64,000 nt of DNA from Hemiscyllium ocellatum (GCF_020745735.1 NC_083421.1:58271001-58335000); one strand, 5' to 3'; counted from the first letter of the stretch, positions 27,501-41,428 are shown. The notes: generated from the letters alone by a model not told the origin. Made by a program: numbers and translations.

Positions 27501-28405
27501 TTCTAGAGGTGAGTGGTTTCTCTTGGCATCAAAGCCACAGATGACTGAGTGTAACATCAAGGAGCCTATCAAAACTGGAGTCAATGGGAATCAGAAAGAA
27601 AATTTCACTGATTGGAGTCATACCTAGCACAAACAAAGATCATTGTAGTTGCATCAGAAGCAGTCCATGTTCAAATGCAACAAGATCTGGACAATATCCA
27701 GGCTAGGGCTGACATTGGCCAAGTAACAGTCATACCACATAAATGCCAGACTATGACCATTACCAATAAAAGACAATCTAACCACCACCCCATGACATTC
27801 AATGGCGTAACCATCACTGAATACCTCATTATCAACATTCTGGGAATACTTTTGACCAGACACTCAACTGGGCTAGGAATACTGCAACAAGTAAACTCAC
27901 TTTCTGACTCCCCAAAGCCTGCCAGGATTGTGATGGATTACTCCCCACTTGCCTGGATGAATGCAGCTACAACAACATTCAAGAAATTTCAGGAAAAAGC
28001 AGCTCATTTGAGTGACATTACATCCACAAGCATCCACTCCCTCACCATTAATGCTCATTAGCAGCTGTATGTGATCTTCAAGATGCACTGCAGAAATTCC
28101 CCAAAGATCCTCAGACAGCACCTTTCAAACACACAACCACTTCCACCTAGAAGAACAAAAGCAGCAGATACACGGGAACACCAACACCTTCAAGTTCCCC
28201 TCCAAGCCACTCACCATTCTAACTTGGAAATATAATCGCCGTTCTTTCAGTGTTGCTAAGCCAAAATCCTAGAATTCCCTCCCAAATAGCACTGTGGGTC
28301 AACCCACAGCATGTGGACTGCAGTGGTTCAAGAAGACAGCTCACCACATCCTTCACAAGGGCACGTAGGTCAGGCAATTAATGTTGGCCAGCCAGCAACA
28401 CCCCC
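24560..28405 (+). mobile_element. Decayed CR1-clade LINE (second subfamily), split by the younger CR1 at 25046-26845
   Basis: EN remnants near 24590-24800, RT remnants in ORF 27612, 3' tail near 28370-28405. Confidence 0.7.
25046..26845 (-). mobile_element. 5'-truncated, relatively young CR1 LINE
   Basis: GNYRPVSLTSVVG, QHGFVQGRLCLTNL, GVPQGSVLRP, FADDTK in ORFs 25123-26701. Confidence 0.92.
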
Positions 28406-28487
28406 ATCACACAAATTATTTTTTTTAGTTCTAAAAGGTCAGATATCGTAGCTCCAAGACATCTCTGCAGGAGTTCCTCAGTATAGT

Positions 28488-28698
28488 TGAAAGTGTGTTG
28501 CTGGTTAAAGCACAGCAAGTCAGGCAGCATCCAAGGAACAGGAAATTCGACATTTCGGGCCAGAGCCCTTCATCAGCTCTGGCCCGAAACGTCGAATTTC
28601 CTGTTCCTTGGATGCTGCCTGACCTGCTGTGCTTTAACCAGCAACACATTTTCAGCTGTGATCTCCAGCATCTGCAGACCTCACTTTTTACTCGAAGA
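28488..28698. mobile_element. Family-A hairpin element inserted in a CR1 RT region (GVPQ.SVL codons)
   Basis: 14-bp TSD TTCCTCAGTATAGT at 28474-28487 and 28699-28712. ~80-bp inverted arms (~28488-28566 / 28576-28654) and a ~44-nt tail. Confidence 0.92.
28549..28576 (-). ncRNA. Minimal hammerhead ribozyme (one CpG-decay change) in family-A hairpin element
   Basis: Minus strand CTGATGA-A-GGGC-TCTG-GCCC-GAAATGTC. The stem II loop differs (TCTG vs TTAT) while the stem is kept. Confidence 0.75.
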
Positions 28699-29814
28699 TT
28701 CCTCAGTATAGTGTCCTAGCCCAAAATCTTCAACTACTTTCTTAAAAATCTTTTCTCCATCATAAAGCTCAGAATGGGGGTGTTTGATTATTACACAACA
28801 TTCAGCATTATGCAGCAAGACCTGGACAAAATTCAGATTTGTGCTGACAGATGGCAAGTAACATTTGTATCACACAATGCAATGGCCATTTGCAACAAGA
28901 GATAACCTATGACAATATGGCATTACCATTGCGGAGTTTGCCACTATCGATACCTTGAGGGCTACCATTGATTAGAAAGTGAAATGGACTAATCATATAT
29001 GCTGTGACTACAAGAGCAAATCAAAGGCTCAGGATCCTGGAACTCACTTCCTGTCTCACCAAAGCCTGTCCACCATCTATAGGGCACAAGTCTAGCGTCT
29101 GATGGAAAACTCTTCACTCGTCTGAATGATTGCAACTCAAACAACATAAGGAGGAAGTCAAGTTCTTTGGCATCATGAGAGGCAGAGGGACAAGGTCAGT
29201 GGACTAGCAATTCAGAATCACAAGCCTATATTCTGGGGACATGGCTTTGAATTCCACCAAGACAGAAGAATAATTATTCTAGATTCAATAAAAATGTCGA
29301 TGATGGCCCCATAAGAATTGCAGATTGGTGTAAAAAACCCATCTGGTTCACTTGTTTCCTCTAGGGAAGGAAATAGGTTGTCCTTTCATACATGCTACCA
29401 CAACAATGTGGTTGCCCTTTGCTCGATTAGAGATGTGCCTGGAACATACCCACATCCAATTTAAAGACACCCATATTCACTCCTCCACCACTAATACAAA
29501 GTAACAGCAAGATGCATTGCAGAGATTTATTAGAGATAAATCTTTCCACAGCATCTTCCAAACCCTCAACCACTACCATCTACAGAAATTAGGTCAACAG
29601 ACACATGGGAACACACTACAATCTGCATATTCTGCTCCACAACACTCACTATTCTGACTTAAGAGCATATCACTCTTCCTTCAATGTCAGTGGATCAAAA
29701 TCCTGAAACTCTCTCCCTAACAGCTCTGAAGCTATACCTATACCACATGGACCCTGTTACCAATACAGGAAAACATTACCAAGCAAATTCATAATATTTT
29801 CTATTTTGTGAAAG

Positions 29815-30740
29815 TAAATAAATAAGACATTCATTTGGAACTCTACATAACATGACATTAAAATTGGACAGAAAATAGGCTGCAATGAAGAAATCAAGAA
29901 TTTACAATTGAATACGAATAAATTTAGTGAATGGGCCAAATTTTGGCAGATGGTGTTTAATGTGGACAAATCTGAGGTCATCAAGTTTGGTCAGAAGAAT
30001 AGAAAGGCAACTTATTATCTAAATGGAATGAAAATTCACAGTGCTTTGGTGCAGCATGATCTGGATATCCTTGTACACGAACCACAGAAAATTAACATGC
30101 AGGTATAGCAGATAAATGGAATGGCAAATGGAATCTTGGCATTTATTATTAAAGGAATAAAGCATAAAATAAGGAAGTGCTGCAGCAACTGTTAAGGTAT
30201 TAGTGAGACCACACTGAGTATTACGTACAGTTTTGGTTCCCCTACTTGAACAGGTATTTAGTTGCACTGCAGGCAGTTCATAGATATGTTTGGAGTCAAT
30301 GCAGCAAACTAAGGGGTTCATCTTATGAAAACAGATTGAAGTTTAGCGAAATAAGAGATCTAATTGAGGTATATAATATATTAGATGGATTAACGAAGTA
30401 GACACAGAACAGATTGCTCCCCTTGTGGAGCAATCTAGAAGAGCACATCATTACTTTAGGATAAGGGGTAGCAGATTTAAAACAGACATGAGGAGGAATG
30501 GTTTCTCTTAAAGAGTCACGATTTAGCGGACATCACTATTCCAGAGTTCTGTGGATGCCAGAACAGAGTAATGTTAAGCAGGAGACACAAATTTTTAATT
30601 AGTAATAGGTTGAGGTGTTAAAGAGAGCAGGCAGGAAAGTAGAATTGAAATGGAGAGGAGTTCAGCCATGATTGCAGTGAATGGCAGAGCAGGCTTGTGG
30701 GACTGAATTTTCTACTCTTGCACCCAGTTCTTAAGTTCTT
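29815..30740 (+). mobile_element. 5'-truncated CR1 LINE
   Basis: WAKFWQMVFNVDKSEVI in ORF 29908; CR1 3' UTR. Confidence 0.8.
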
Positions 30741-32005
30741 ATATATAATATCACTATGAATGTTATAGGTGTGGTACAAAGTACATCAGTAAACCTCAGA
30801 AGTAATGATATCAACAAAATCATAGGGATGATGGGACTGAACAAATCAAATTTGAGTCAGAAAATAAGAGTTGTGGGTGCAGCTCAAAATCTGCAAGGGG
30901 TGTGCAGTATTTCTTTGCTTGTTAATTGTGTGACACAACTAACATGATTTAACCACACAAGTCTTAAAGGCTGTAATTTACAGTATAAATATGATAATTA
31001 GGTGTTTCTAAAGTTCAATACTAATCTTGCAGTCAAATGATTATACTCCAAAAATGAACAACTATACTCACTCACCTGGATAACTACATTATATAAAAGT
31101 GTCAAAGTTCACATTCAATGGGCATTTGCTATTCCAGAATTACAATGCTGTCAAACTTTGACTTAGCATTTCACTCTCCATTTTATTACTTAACCTATTC
31201 AAATACCAGACTGAAAATGTAAAAATTGAAAACTGCCAAGTCAATTTTCTTTCCAGATGGCATGCACTATTTTTGCTACTTCATTATTTCCAGAGAAATA
31301 CGCTACAAAAGATAGTAAATGTTGGCTAACATCACGCTCCTGACCTTTACATCCAAACAAATTTTAAGGCACCTAAAACTCTCCTTTTACCAATATAGAT
31401 AGTGAACAGTAACTGAGTTAAGAAGTCTAAACTTTGTTCTGCCACTCAGCCAAAACCTTTGTCATACTTGATCCACAGATGCAACAAACTTCCTGAAATA
31501 CACATATATTGTACATGTACATACATAGAAATAAGTGGGTAAATGAATTTCCATAGAACTTAAATAATATTACACACTTGGGTAGGAGTAATCGACATTA
31601 CAAAAGTGTTCACTTCATGCACAAACTTCATGATTCAAGCAGCAAAACTTTCACAGATTTAAGCTAATCTTTCAATAACTCAAGCAAACCATGATTCAAA
31701 ACAATGATGAGTGCAAATAATTTCAAGCATCCGAAGCTTGCAGTGCTCAAGAAAACAGCTGTCATCAGCAAAACACCCTCAAGACTCAACCAAACTGCTC
31801 AGAAGACCACAAAGATCCATTGTTTAGTATCTTGGGCATACCTTGACTGGGGCTGTTTACTAACGGTCATCATGACTGACTTTAGCATTAGAGTGCGAGT
31901 GGGATTGGGGAAAGGGGGAGAAAACAGTTTTTTCTTAACTTATCCTTCCTGATTTTAGACTTTAACAATGCCCCTCCATCCCAACCTCAAAAAGGTTCAG
32001 AAATG

Positions 32006-32205
32006 AAAGCAAAATGTTGCAGATGCTGGGAATCTCAAATAAAAATAAAGTGTGAAGAAATTCAGGTCTGGTGGCATCACAGTAAGAGATGTTTCAAACC
32101 CAATGACCCTTCTTCAGGGTCTCCATTCGCAAGAAATTTCATTGGACTCAAAAAAAAAACTTCTCTTCAGACTTGTTGAATTTCTCCAACATTTTCTGAT
32201 TTAAT
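32006..32205. mobile_element. Family-C hairpin element, decayed
   Basis: AAAGCAAAATGTTGCAGATGCTGGGAATCT... arm ending GACCCTTCTTCAG, followed by an inverted partial arm. Confidence 0.55.
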
Positions 32206-33632
32206 CTCAAGAACGCTCCTTACCATCCTAATGTAACATTTTTCCCACTCCCACAATCATTTATCAGTCGATAGAGAATTGATGCTGTAACAAAATCAAA
32301 TTTGTGCCATAAGCCAACTTCCAATGAAAAACAGGCTGCCACAATCAACTCATTTCAGTACGATACAACAGAAATTGCTGACAAGCCACAAGATTCGGCC
32401 ACCGTGACAATTAATCATGTGTACAGGTACATGTATATTGACTAAGCAAACAGTTCCTGCCATTTCTTGAGAAGCTTTACTGGCTTTCATTTTCAAAACT
32501 TGGGCATTCTGACATGAATTTCAGAAAGAAAAACACAACTTGCAGATTTTTGTCCGGTTGTGTGTCACTTTGAATTCAGAGTGGTCTGTGAGAAAGTGGA
32601 CTTGTACAAGGAAGCAGATCCAGACCACCCTACTCTCCATAGAGAACAAGATTACATTTTCTGTCCTCACTGCTGGCTGTACATTAAATTATCGACTCTT
32701 ATGCGCTGGAAATCTATGCTCCACGCCCTTGTGCCTCTCCAGCACATTGATTAAAAGACTAACTTTAAAACCACAATTTTGAACAAGCCTCTGAAACAAT
32801 GTTGCTAAAATTCTTTTGATTTTGTTCCAATATCCATGGCTCACAGGAACACTTCTCTGAAGCACCTTAGAGCATTTATTTGTCTTAAAAGGTGATTTTT
32901 AAAAATTCAATTAAGAGCTGTTGGTGTTGGCATTGTTGCCTATCCCTAATTGCTCAGAGAGCAGTTCTGTGTCAACCATATTGCTGTGGGTTTGGAATCA
33001 CATGTACATCAGACCAGGTAAAGAGCAGATTTTATTTTCTAAATGACAAGTGAACCAGGTGTGTTTTTACGACAATCAACAATAGTTATATGGTCGCAGT
33101 CAGACTACCTTTTCAATCCAGAGCTTTTAAAATTCAAATTCACCATCTGCCATGGTGGGATTCAAAACATGTCACGACAATATTAGGGGCTCTGAATTAT
33201 AAATGTAGAAACATTACCATAACACGACCATCTCCCTCTAGAAATGTGAATGTAAACTTTTGCAATTGTACAACTTTGAAAGCGTAGTTGTTGGGATGCA
33301 ATTTTTACAATTAGAAATCTGTATAAATTAAATGTGACTGCTATATTAAGAATAGGTTCATCACATGGCCATGGAACACTTTAATGAGTTATAATTTTAG
33401 CAAAACTACCCGAGTGTACATCTGCAGAGTTAAAAATACAGAAGGAGATACTTGTGGACATACTCTCAATAATCTTACTCTACATGTGTAGGATGCACAA
33501 ACAAATTTCATAAGTAGCCTACTACCAGCAGAAGCATTTGCTATTGATTTTATATTCAACAAGATCCAAGCAGACTGTTCTTGATATACAAATGTATCCA
33601 GTATTAATATAAAACATTTAATGTTGCATTTA

Positions 33633-33864
33633 CAGGGTGACTGCCGTATCCACGGAGTCTGTTTTCATGGTTTCAGTTACCCACGGTTTACCGCAGCCTG
33701 AAAATATTACATGGAACATTCCAAAACTAGGGACTGGGGGCTGCTGGGGAGGTAAATTTGCCATTGAAATGAACTGGTGCGCAACTGTCTGGTTTCAGGC
33801 TTCCGTGGTAGATCTAGGAACACATTCCCCCATGGGTATGGGGGTGGGAGGGAAAGAACTACTG
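33633..33864 (+). mobile_element. Tc1/mariner-pogo (Tigger7/MER44-like) MITE
   Basis: TA at 33631-33632 and 33865-33866 flank CAG...CTACTG termini. Internal GGTTTCAGTTACCCACGG...GAAAATATTACATGGAACATTCC and GGTTTCAGGC...GGAAC...CCCC resemble my recollection of MER44/Tigger7 ends. Confidence 0.7.
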
Positions 33865-34192
33865 TACATTAGTAATATCCAGTTACAAAGGTTTCCATTT
33901 GAGTTGGGTACCAGAGAATTACGATTGTCTTTATGCCATTTGACAATCAGTACAATGGAGGGCAATGCATGTAGTGTACTAAAATCAAAACAATCAACTG
34001 GAACAGGGTCATTAAATTTTATTCAACTACTATCATTGTGCCTCTCTTAACTGTTTCAGTATAAAGTACTTCAAACAAACTTAAACTCTTGCAGCTTTAT
34101 TTACAAATTATTGTAGACTCAAATAGCCTGCACAGGTTGAATTTCAGATCATAATATATGCAACTCCATTTTAGGAAAACAAACAAATAGAG

Positions 34193-34322
34193 TAAACAAA
34201 GAACTGAGGATGCTGAAGATGTAAAACAAAAACAGAAAGTGGGAGGAACTCAGCAGGACAGCTAGCATATGTGAAGGGAAAGCAGAGTTAACATTTCAAA
34301 ACCAGTGATTCTTCTTCAGAAC
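34193..34322 (-). mobile_element. Family-C short element
   Basis: Ends GAGTTAACATTTCAAAACCAGTGATTCTTCTTCAGAAC; the minus strand reads GTT-CTGAAGA-A-GAATCACTGGTTTT-GAAATGTT-AAC (hammerhead layout, stem I GTT/AAC). Confidence 0.6.
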
Positions 34323-37300
34323 ATTAATAATTAGTCTCATTACATAGAGACTACTCCTAAATACAATAAATACAACCCCACTCCTAAGTACAATAAAAAT
34401 ACACCAGCAATTGACTATATCAAAATTAAATGTACATTTGTTTCAAACACTGTAGTTACAAGATAGAAGTAGTATTTGGATCAGCTTAAGTTTATAAAGG
34501 TGACGGGGGGGAAATAGTAGCACTTGGAAATTAAAGAACACAACTATAATGGTTCTAGCAGTAGAAAAGCAAAACATGGCAACATTATGGTAGGAGAAGA
34601 ATATACCTTTGATGAAAAGGTCATTAGGACAGATTATTCAGAAGACACATACTAGTCAGCTGTTGATAAAAAGCATGAGGTTTTCAAGCAACTTACAAGA
34701 CAATTTGAGACCCAGAATTTACACATAATAAAAAAAATCAAAAATTTGCTTCAAAACGTGAAGACAATTTCTAAGTTGGAAAATGGACCAATACTAAATC
34801 AGAAAACAGATTTTTAAAAGCTCATACCTATATTTACGCTTATTTGTAAAAAACATGTTAAATCCGAAAATTTCAAATGCAGCTGGCGGCATTATTCAGA
34901 ACATAAATTTCATCCCGAGATTCAGATTTTAATAACATTACTACAATTAACATCTCTACTTTGTTATATTATTGTTCACTACACTCTTTCTCAGAGGCAG
35001 GGATTTTTACCCAGTGTCCTAGCCATTCCATATTCTTTAATCAACCTCTAATAAACAACAAACGGACAACTAGCAATTCTCAAATTGCTAAGTTTGGGGT
35101 CTTACTGCCCACAGCTGGCCGCTGTATTTCCAGTATTACAGAAGTAACATCACTTCAAACATACTTTTTTGGTGTAAAAAATTTTAGGGACATCCCAAAA
35201 TTGCAAAGACTCTACATAAATGCAAACTCCCTCTTCCTGTTCTTTGAATTTCCTCTCATCTAAACAATTTGATACAGAAATCTTTACCTACTCTTTTTCA
35301 AAGATTATCTTGAGACTTTTACTCTACCTGCAAATGAAGTTCAGTGTCTCATTTGAAAGGTAGACGTTGCATGGTATGACACTGGAAAGTCAGTTTGGAT
35401 TATCTACTCAAGTCTTTTGCGTGGGACTTAAGAGCATCCTTCTGACTCAGTGGTGAAAGTGCTGAGCCACAACTAACACGGGACTGCTTGAGATTTTTTT
35501 AAGATGCCACAGCTACATGCAAACACAAATGCTTACATTAAGTTTTAAGTTGTTCAGATCATTGGCAATTTTCACCACATTAATTATAAACAATGATCCT
35601 TCTATCACTGAAACTGATTGGTGTCTGAAACTGTACAAGTCAATGGTTTTTATGGAACAGATACAATACATGGTAATTCCAGCTATAGTATTCCATCACA
35701 CAAAACCACATTAACAATTATTAAATAATTTAAAATTTGCCTCATGGTCTATTACATTATTTCTAAGCCACTATTGAAGAACTTATTTTCATCATTGATC
35801 TCAAGGAGAATGGCTGTCAAAGTGCTATAATTGCCCTTAATAATCCTGACCTGGAAGGCAGTTAACAGTCTGTGACCTCACTGCTGGAAAGTCATGTGTA
35901 CTGATACAGAATTTCTAATATCAACATCCTCTGCAGTGGAAGGAAACAAGTGGACCACAAAATAGTAAATGTTGCAACAATACTGCAAGGTAATGCTTTC
36001 AACATGGTGCAGGAGAAACGTGGTCAAGTCACAAGCTTATTGCACTTTAACTTTGCCCAATAAGCTGGCAATTTCAGAAAAATTATCAGACAAAGCAACC
36101 AAGTCACAGCAAAACGCTTAGCCAAGCATGGAAAGAGGCAGGAGAGGGAAATAAGGCGGAAAGGGTTCCACTGGGGAAAAGGCCAACACTGCTTTACAAG
36201 CTCTCATGTCTGCAGGATTAATGGATGTACAGTAGTTAATTACCATCCTCTCTGTAATGATGCATCTTACCCAAATTTCCTTGTATTATATGCTTTGCAC
36301 AACTGACTTGAAGAATTGGCATTTCTGGCAAAGATATAGAAATTTGAAACTTGTGCTAAATTTGTTTCATGAATCTTTCAGAGCTAAATCAATAGTAATA
36401 ATATTAAAAACAAACAAAATAATAAAACAATTATCCAAGCAAATAAAAATGTTGCAATAAGTTAACTTCTCCTGCAAGTCCAGTACAATGCTAACATTGC
36501 CGTGATTCTGACATTTTGTTTGGGAGTCAGCAAACAAAGAGTGGTCAGTTTTTATTTGTTCTTGAAAGTGTGAATGACACTAGCAAAAGCAGAAATTACT
36601 ATCCATTCCAAATTACTCTGAAGATATCAATAATCACCGTATGGGACTGAAATAACACATGAGTCAGACTAAAATGCCATATATATGGCCCTTTTCCTTC
36701 CATGAAGTTGGTTGTTAGATGACAATTGACAGTTTTGCAGTGTTTCTTTTCTGATGTCACCTGACAAACTACTGAATTTATTGAATTCTATTTCAAGTTC
36801 CACACTTTAACATGCTAAAGGTTAGCAGAAGATGGCTTGGAGATAGCAAGTGTTATTCCTAGATTTTAAAAATGGGAGATAGCTTCTTTTGACTTATTCT
36901 ATACATAAAGAAACATGACATTTACCATAAAAAGGATAATGAAAATTCACCCAAGGATGTAATAGAAAAATGCCTAGAAACCAAAAATAGAAAAATGTCT
37001 ACTTAGCACAGATACCAAAGCGAAACACAGTTAAACTTTATTTCTTTCTGAAAGTAACAGAAACAGTAGATAAGAGGAATACAATCCTTGTAAAATATAT
37101 GGGCTGCCTGATCTCCAGAATCAAGATTATAGAAAGGTGCAAAGGTGATACAAAAGAATATTAGAAGAGAGACTATGACAACCAAGAAAGATTGAACAGT
37201 CTGGGATTCTGTTGTCTAGAAATGAATAAACCAAAGAATTACCTAAAACAGATTATTTAAAAATCACAGGGTTCACTAGGGTAGTTGTAGAAAACACAAT

Positions 37301-37485
37301 TAAGGCTGTTAGGGCTCTCACAAGATAGCGACTAATAAATCTATTAAAGAATTCAAGAAAACTTATTTACTCAGGAGAAAGTAGTTGCTATTAAAACGGA
37401 TATTCAACTAAAGCTAAAACCCTCTTCCACTAGCTCCAAAAGCACCCACTTAGTCTTTGGCTGATTGAGCGAGAGAGAATGTCAA

Positions 37486-37560
37486 GACCAGGATCTCAAA
37501 TTAGAGACTAAGGTCAGGCTTGACCAGGATCTCAAATTAGAGACTAAGGTCAGGCTTGAC
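37486..37560. repeat. Perfect 36-bp tandem duplication
   Basis: GACCAGGATCTCAAATTAGAGACTAAGGTCAGGCTT x2 followed by GAC. Confidence 0.95.
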
Positions 37561-37895
37561 TCAGCCAGAAAGGATTCACTCAATTTTGTACAATTCAGAG
37601 TGCTACATCTCACTGGCATAGCATGCTGAAAATCATGACATGCTATTCCAGGAGTAATTTCAAATGTTAAGGTATTTATAACAGGATGTAAAATTCCCCA
37701 ATTTACTTGTCTTGCAGAAAGCATACTACTTAACAAGAATTACTACTTATTACAAACAGATATCACCAGCTACAGATTAACAATTCTAGAACATAAACAC
37801 AGAACTGTATAGGAACAGGCGGTTTGACTCATGAATTATCAACATACAACAGCACTAGTCAATCCTTTAACCCCGCATGTAAAACTACCCAACAC

Positions 37896-38813
37896 TAGCA
37901 TAAGAGGTACAGTTAGTAGGTTTGCAGATGACACCAAACTTGGAGGTGTAGTGGACAGCAAAGAGTGGTTACCTCAGATTACAACAGGATCTTGACCAAA
38001 TGGGCCAATGGGCTGAGAAGTGGCAGATGGAGTTTAATTCAGATAAATGCGAGGTGCTGCTTTTAGGAAAGCAAATCTTAGCAGGACTTAGACACTTAAT
38101 GGTAAGGTCTTAGGAAGTGTTGCTGAACAAAAAGATCTTGGAGTGCAGCTTCATAGCTCCTTGAAAGAGGAGTCACAGGTAGATAGGGTAGTGAAGAAAG
38201 CGTTTGGTATGCTTTCCTTTATTGGTCAGAGTATGGAGTACAGGAGTTGGGAGGTCATGTTGCAGCTGTACAGGACATTGGTTAGGCCACTGTTGGAATA
38301 TTGTGTGCAACAGAAAGATGTTGTGAAACTTGAAAAGGTTCAGACAATATTTACAAGGATGTTGCCAGGGTTGGAGGATTTGAGCTACAGGGAGAGGCTG
38401 AACAGGCTGGGGCTGTTTTCCCTGGAGCATCAGAGACTGAGGGGTGACCTTATAGAGGTTTACAAAATTATGAGGGGCATGGATAGGGTAAATAGGCAAA
38501 GTCTTTTCCCTGGAGTGGGGGGAGTCCAGAACTAGACGACATAGGTTTAGGGTGAGAGGGGAAAAATATAAAAGAGACCTACGGGGCAACTTTTTCACAC
38601 ATAGGGTGGTACGTGTATGGAATGAGCTGCCAGAGGAAGTGGTGGAGGCTGGTACAATTGCAACATTTAAAAGGCATTTGGATGGGTATATGAATAGGAA
38701 GGGTTTGGAGGGATATGGGCCGGGTGCTGGCAGGTGGGACTCGATTGGGTTGGAATATCTGATCGGCATGGATGGGTTGGACAAAGGGCCTGTTTCCACG
38801 CTGTACATCTCTA
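37896..38813 (+). mobile_element. 5'-truncated young CR1 (HER1-like) LINE
   Basis: RFADDTK at ~37918, LVRPLLEYCVQ, RGDLIEVYKIM; HE1-shared tail GGGCCTGTTTCCACGCTGTA; nearly identical to 43107-43990. Confidence 0.92.
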
Positions 38814-39229
38814 AAACACACGTACGGATAAAACAAACTATGGGTGTCATAGGTGGAGTGGAAATAACTGGGAAGGCAGTCCAATGGCTCCTATTCATAA
38901 GGCTCTCTGAGATGATCCTTTTGCCTTGTCAGGACTTGCCACTCCTCAATCTTGCTTTGCCAGGTACTTTATTTCCTTGCAGGAAACACAGGAAATGGTT
39001 CACACTTATAACATCACTGTCAGGAGGCACAGCTCACAGCAACAGATGAGGGGAAATAAACTGGCTTACTTCAGGATTCCAGCATATACTTACTGCAAAG
39101 AGAAGCACAGCTCCTTTCTTTTTTTAAGAGGTCAGATTGCTTCTGCCCAAACATTTGCACCCACAAGCCACTTAGCTGGCTGAGAGTCAACAAGACGGTC
39201 TTTGTCACTGACAAGTGCTAACCATTGTC

Positions 39230-39700
39230 CAAACCAATCAGCCTCTTGTTACTGGCTAAATCTCCATTCATACTCTCCTTGGCTCCAGCTCCAAACAGCA
39301 GTTCAATAGTACTATGATGACTGATATAACTTGACTTTAATAGATCAAAACATTGGAAAAGTACCACCAGGAGTATCTTCATAAGATCCTCCATATTTGG
39401 TGGAAAGAAAACTGGCCCAATAGCAGCGTCCTCCTTCAAAATACCATGCTCACCATCAGGGTGCAAATCACTACTTGACACCAGACTCCTAACGCAACTA
39501 CTTTATTTGGAATTCAGTTGCAACAGAAGATTGCAAGGAAGACAGAGGAAGCACCTTAGGAAGACTCAAAATATCCATGACTAAGTTTAATAACCCCATC
39601 AATTTGTGGGATTCCCTGGCCTCTGACCAGCAAAAGGCACATTCAGATAGGCACAGAACATTTCATAAGACTTTGTCAAGAACATGTAGAGGCAATGTCA
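39230..39700 (+). mobile_element. Decayed RTE-like LINE 3' fragment
   Basis: Remnants resembling LRKIL.I.W and G.QRK.. motifs of the RTE C-terminus. Confidence 0.4.
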
Positions 39701-39969
39701 AAAATATTAAAGTAGTACACAAATTTTCAAACACTTCACCTACTGAACCCTTCAAACAGCATCACTTAGAGGGAAGGCAAAGGCACAGTGGTAATGTTAC
39801 TGAACTAGTAGTTCAGAACATCAGGCTAATATTCTGGAGTTGTGGGGTGAACTTTCATCATTTTCCATGTGGGATATTAAATCAATTTTAAAAAAGTTAG
39901 CCTAATTACAATCATGTAACCAGTGTCAATTATCATCAAAATCCATCTGGTTCACTTATGTCCTTTAGG

Positions 39970-40530
39970 AAGTTTAAAAGTAGACAAAAATCCCTGGGTC
40001 CAAATGAGTTGTATCCCAGGATGCTGTGGGAGATGCAGGAAGAAAATATTAAACTCCTCTCTGACTACAGGGGAAATGCCAGGGCATAGGAACACAGCAA
40101 ATAATGTTGCACATTTGGGAAAAGTGGTAAAGATAAATGAGAGAATTATACACTTGTAAGTCTCGCATCAGTGTTACGGAAACTACGGGAGAAAATTCTG
40201 AAGGGGGAACTAATCTCCATTTACAGAAGCAAGGTTTGGTCAGGGATAACACAGCTTTGTCAGAGAGAGATCAAGTGTAGATGAGGAGAGTGCAGTTGAT
40301 TTAGCTTATATGGATTTCAACAAATCATTCGATGGGGTCCCATATGGAAAACTCATTTTTAAAAAAGCCAATAGGATCCAAAACTGGTTAAATGGTAGGA
40401 GACTACAGGTGGTGATAGGTGTTTGTGTGACTGGAGGCAAAAGTCCAGTGGTACATCACAGATATTGCTTGTGATATATGTATAAATAATGTAAATGAGA
40501 ATGTGGGACGGATGATAAGTAAAATAACTG
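39970..40530 (+). mobile_element. Decayed CR1 RT fragment
   Basis: LKVDKNP.. and VD..YMDF.K codons. Confidence 0.65.
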
Positions 40531-41428
40531 ATCACAACATTTTGTCTGACAATATTACTATTAAGAACCTTAGAATGCTCAACTGTACCAAATGTAAGTT
40601 GAAGATGAATTATGCAATTTAAGAGGAAGGATAAGCTGATATAGGATCAATCTAAAGACTAACAGCAACTGCTCAAAGAGCAAAAGCTTGTTGATGTTGA
40701 TTTTCAATTGGCTTGAGCAAGCATACACCGTTCAGTTGACCTGAATGTTTGTTGTAAATTCCTTGCAACTATCGTGGAATGTGAACTACAATCTCTATGT
40801 TTGCGAGATTGTACGATAACGACAAAGCTCCTTATATTGTATCAAGAAAATATTTCCCATCCTTCAGGCATTCTCATTTCCAAACTAGAGAACTTGTGAT
40901 GGCTTCGTTTGGAATCTGCTTTTGCTTATCAATGCTCTGTCTAAACAATAAACATGTGGACCGATATCTGACCAAATATCAACTCCAACCACGTCAATAC
41001 AAAAAAAAGCTAAGCACTTAAGGAAGTCTGATTCCTGTAGACATAAATTATACAGAATTAAATGTTCTAAACCAATAGGCTCCTTTTCAATCAAAAATAT
41101 AAACAGCTACCCCTATAGACCCTCCAGCCCTAGAAATAATCTCTAAATTCAAGATTATTAACGGATCCATTCATACTTTCTGCTGTTTAGGAATATTCCC
41201 TTTATAGTCCTCCTTAACGGTTTGCATTTTAAAAAAAGAAAAGCAGGTATCTTAGGACACGCCAGTTGAACATTGCAGCCCTTCATTGCAAACGTAAGAT
41301 ACAGAAATCAAGGCGTGCTAACCCACGAAACCAATTTACGCTTTTTTCCCGAAAACAAAATCTTTTGTCCGCGATGGAGCAGAGTGCTGAGCGCGATTGA
41401 TATCCGAAGAGACTCGACGCGACGGACC

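Larger units (their letters stand above)
28430..29750 (+). mobile_element. Decayed CR1-clade LINE with nested family-A element and SINE
   Basis: GVPQ.SVL codons around the 28474 TSD; RT C-terminal homology to the 27612 ORF region. Confidence 0.65.
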
